Part shown: positions 61,404 to 64,000 of the stretch, piece by piece | How the letters are laid out: each line of letters starts with the position of its first letter | Numbering within the stretch: position 1 is the stretch's first letter | Origin: Rickettsiales bacterium | GTDB taxonomy: Bacteria; Pseudomonadota; Alphaproteobacteria; Rickettsiales; UBA3002 | NCBI GenBank assembly: GCA_965247335.1 | Contig: CBDFGU010000009.1 | Coordinates: 288,856-352,855, forward strand | Direction: 5' to 3' | Length of the DNA: 64,000 nt | Translations under genes and position numbers: made by a program | The notes under the pieces: model-generated | Database searches by the model: none | What the model was told of the DNA's origin: nothing | What the model saw: the letters and a program-made list of their open reading frames with translations, nothing else

Positions 61404-62888
61404 CTATGCACGTTCTTTCACTTTTGGCAGGAGTGGTGCGAGTTCTTTCGGCAGGGTAGCCGCCCATTTGCTAATGCTGCCCGCTCCGAGGCAGATGACG
61501 AAATCCCCCGGCTGGGCGATTCCGGCAATGAGCTTTGCTAATTCCTTTTCGCTTCCGAGCGGCAGCGCATGCTTGTGGCCATGGCTGCGGATGCTGTCGA
61601 CGAGCGCGTCGCGGTTGGCCCCTTCGATGGGTTCTTCCCCAGCCGCATAGACATCGGTGATGATGACCGTGTCCGCATCCGAGAAACACGTACTGAATTC
61701 CGTGAACAGGCTCGACAGGCGCGTGTAGCGGTGCGGCTGCACCACAGCAATCACTTTGCCGCCGCTTGCTTCTGCCGCCTGTCGCGCGCTGGACAACGTC
61801 GCGGCGATCTCGACCGGGTGGTGCCCGTAATCATCGATGATGGTGATACCATTCACTTCGCCTGTTTTGGTGAAGCGGCGCTTCACACCCTCAAAGCCTT
61901 TCAGCGCTTTGAGGATACTGACATCCTCGATGCCGATCTCACGCGCTACCGCAATCGCCGCGCAGGCATTGCGCACGTTATGCAGGCCGTACATCGGCAG
62001 CTCAATATCCTGCAGCAGATGCGGCGCGCCCGTGTGGCGGTCGGAAGTCTCGATATCGAATAACTGTCCGCCATTCACCTGGCGGATATTAACCGCGCGA
62101 ACGTCGGCCTGCGGGCTGGTGCCATAGGAGATTATGCGGCGGTCGACGATCTTCGCCATCAGCGCCTGAACTTCCGGGTGGTCCGCACAGAGCACGCCGA
62201 ACCCGTAGAACGGCAATTGTGTGATGAACTGGTGGAACGCAGCTTTCAGGTTCTCGAAATTGCCGTAATGGTCGAGATGCTCGGGATCGATATTGGTGAC
62301 GACGGCGATGGTCGAAGGGATGCGGATGAACGTGCCATCGCTTTCATCGGCCTCGACGACCATCCACTCGCCTTCACCAAGAATGGCGTTGGTGCCGTAA
62401 GCATTGATGATGCCACCATTGATGACGGTCGGTTTCTTGCCAGCCGACATTAGCAAGGTCGAAATGAGTGACGTCGTCGTCGTTTTGCCGTGCGTACCAG
62501 CGATGGAAATCGTCGCTTTCAGGCGCATCAGTTCCGCGAGCATTTCGGCCCGGCGCACCACCGGGATACGTTGGGCGCGGGCTTCGACCACTTCCGGATT
62601 ATCGGCTTTCACAGCGGAGGAAATAACGACGACAGATGCGCCCGCGATATTTTCTGCCCTGTGCGGCCCGATGACAACTGTAATGTTATTCTTGCGCAGA
62701 TGGTCAACGGTATAATTATCCGCGATATCCGAACCCTGCACCTTGTAGCCAAGGTTATGCAGTACTTCCGCGATGCCGCTCATACCGATGCCGCCGATGC
62801 CGACGAAATGCAACATGCCGACATCGAGCTGCATATGGTTACCGAGCGAAAATGCGCGGATACCCTTTTTCATTATGGATGTGCTCAT
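61404..62888 (-). CDS. murC: UDP-N-acetylmuramate--L-alanine ligase
   Basis: [23 protein letters not shown] and DDYGHHP motifs; ATGA overlap with murG. Confidence 0.97.
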   Translation of the reverse strand: MSTSIMKKGIRAFSLGNHMQLDVGMLHFVGIGGIGMSGIAEVLHNLGYKVQGSDIADNYTVDHLRKNNITVVIGPHRAENIAGASVVVISSAVKADNPEVVEARAQRIPVVRRAEMLAELMRLKATISIAGTHGKTTTTSLISTLLMSAGKKPTVINGGIINAYGTNAILGEGEWMVVEADESDGTFIRIPSTIAVVTNIDPEHLDHYGNFENLKAAFHQFITQLPFYGFGVLCADHPEVQALMAKIVDRRIISYGTSPQADVRAVNIRQVNGGQLFDIETSDRHTGAPHLLQDIELPMYGLHNVRNACAAIAVAREIGIEDVSILKALKGFEGVKRRFTKTGEVNGITIIDDYGHHPVEIAATLSSARQAAEASGGKVIAVVQPHRYTRLSSLFTEFSTCFSDADTVIITDVYAAGEEPIEGANRDALVDSIRSHGHKHALPLGSEKELAKLIAGIAQPGDFVICLGAGSISKWAATLPKELAPLLPKVKERA

Positions 62889-64000
62889 GCTGCCTGCTCC
62901 GTGGCGTGAGGTAGGGCGCGGGGTGATTTTTCCGCCGCACCGATGACGAGGTCCGCCAACGCTTCCGCTGCCCGGGCGTTGGCCAGTTTGCGCATGGCGA
63001 TCGCTGCCTCGCTTAGGCGATGCGGTACACGCATCAGCGTTTCGATTTTGGCCGCCAGTGATTCCGGCGTGAACGCTTTTTGGGTGACGACCCAACCCGC
63101 GCCGGTATCCTCGATGGCCTGCGCGTTGTAATATTGGTGGTTATCCGTCGCGATCGGCAACGGCACCAGCAATGCCGGTTTACCCGCGACCATGAGCTCC
63201 GCCACGGACGATGCACCGGCGCGACTAATGACCAGATGCGCCGAGGCGAGACGCGCCGCGACATCGACGAAGAACGGCGCGATATCGACCTGCATGCCTA
63301 TGGCGGTGTATTTCTCGCGCACCTCAGTTATTTCCACCTCACGGCATTGCTGGTCGAGGCGGATGCGCGCGCGCAAGTCGGCGGGCAGTTGCTTCATGGC
63401 TTCCGGCACTACGTCGCTAAAGATGCTGGCGCCCTGGCTGCCGCCGATGACCAGCACGCGCATGATACCGCTCTCGGCTAGTGCAGGATATTCCACTTGC
63501 GAGATGGCACAAACTGCCGCGCGTACCGGATTGCCTGTCATCACCACGCGCAATTGCGTACCATCCGGCATTTTGCGCGTATTGCCATACGTCGTCGCCA
63601 GTTGCTTTACGCGCTTGGCCAGCAGGCGGTTGACGCGGCCAAGCACCGAATTCTGCTCATGGATGATGGTGCGCTGGCCGGTCGCGATTGCCGCGACCAT
63701 CGTCGGCAAGGATGGGTAACCGCCGAAGCCAACCACTGCGAGCGGCTTCAGGCGGCGCAATAAGCGCATAGCCTGCCCTACGCCAACACCGATGCCGAGC
63801 ACGTTGCGCAGCTTGCGCACGATACTGCCGCCGAGGGAACCCGCGCGAATTGTGTGGATTGGGATTTGCCCGAGCACGCCATCGGCACTCGCTTTGTTAT
63901 ATTGATGGAAGCGATGGTCTGTCACCAGTTGCGGATCGAACCCGCGCGCGCGCAGCACTTCCGCCAGCGCGACCGCCGGAAAGATATGCCCGCCTGTGCC
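62885..64000 (-). CDS. murG: MurG glycosyltransferase (5' end outside the window)
   Basis: [24 protein letters not shown] and HQYYNA motifs. Confidence 0.97.
   Translation of the reverse strand, partial: GTGGHIFPAVALAEVLRARGFDPQLVTDHRFHQYNKASADGVLGQIPIHTIRAGSLGGSIVRKLRNVLGIGVGVGQAMRLLRRLKPLAVVGFGGYPSLPTMVAAIATGQRTIIHEQNSVLGRVNRLLAKRVKQLATTYGNTRKMPDGTQLRVVMTGNPVRAAVCAISQVEYPALAESGIMRVLVIGGSQGASIFSDVVPEAMKQLPADLRARIRLDQQCREVEITEVREKYTAIGMQVDIAPFFVDVAARLASAHLVISRAGASSVAELMVAGKPALLVPLPIATDNHQYYNAQAIEDTGAGWVVTQKAFTPESLAAKIETLMRVPHRLSEAAIAMRKLANARAAEALADLVIGAAEKSPRALPHATEQAA

Overview
Core chromosomal segment (about 55-60% GC) of an alphaproteobacterium. A DUF2671-like gene and a FliD-containing flagellum alongside tkt/gap/pgk/fbaB and thiE suggest a free-living or basal Rickettsiales-like lineage (inference). 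Gene order: truncated dnaG, YgjP-family peptidase, PBP1A, cyaY, ABC exporter, GNAT, a 987-aa Pro-rich OmpA-domain protein, suhB, two transporters, efp, thiE, fbaB-pgk-gap-tkt, zapA, 6S RNA, ygfA, ymdB, a 19-kb flagellar cluster (flgE flgD fliK fliS fliD flaG-like fliC fliB fliW flgL flgK flgN flgJ flgI / fliX), dksA, prmA, ligA, recN, bamD, lpxC and the dcw genes ftsZ ftsA ftsQ ddl murB murC murG. No CRISPR array, rRNA, tRNA, integrase or transposase was seen. The most notable observations are: (1) CGTC-tagged palindromic repeats, one perfect copy translated in-frame inside DnaG and another supplying the murB start codon; (2) an EF-P with Asn (TPGNLR) in place of the modifiable Lys; (3) a hybrid flagellar circuit with alpha-type FliX, sigma54 and CtrA sites plus FliW, FliS, FliD and FliB, and no csrA, flaF or flbT in the window; (4) a shared beta module inserted in oversized FlgE and FlgK; (5) orphan genes interrupting ftsA-ftsZ and gap-pgk. 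All calls come from manual motif reading, not database searches.
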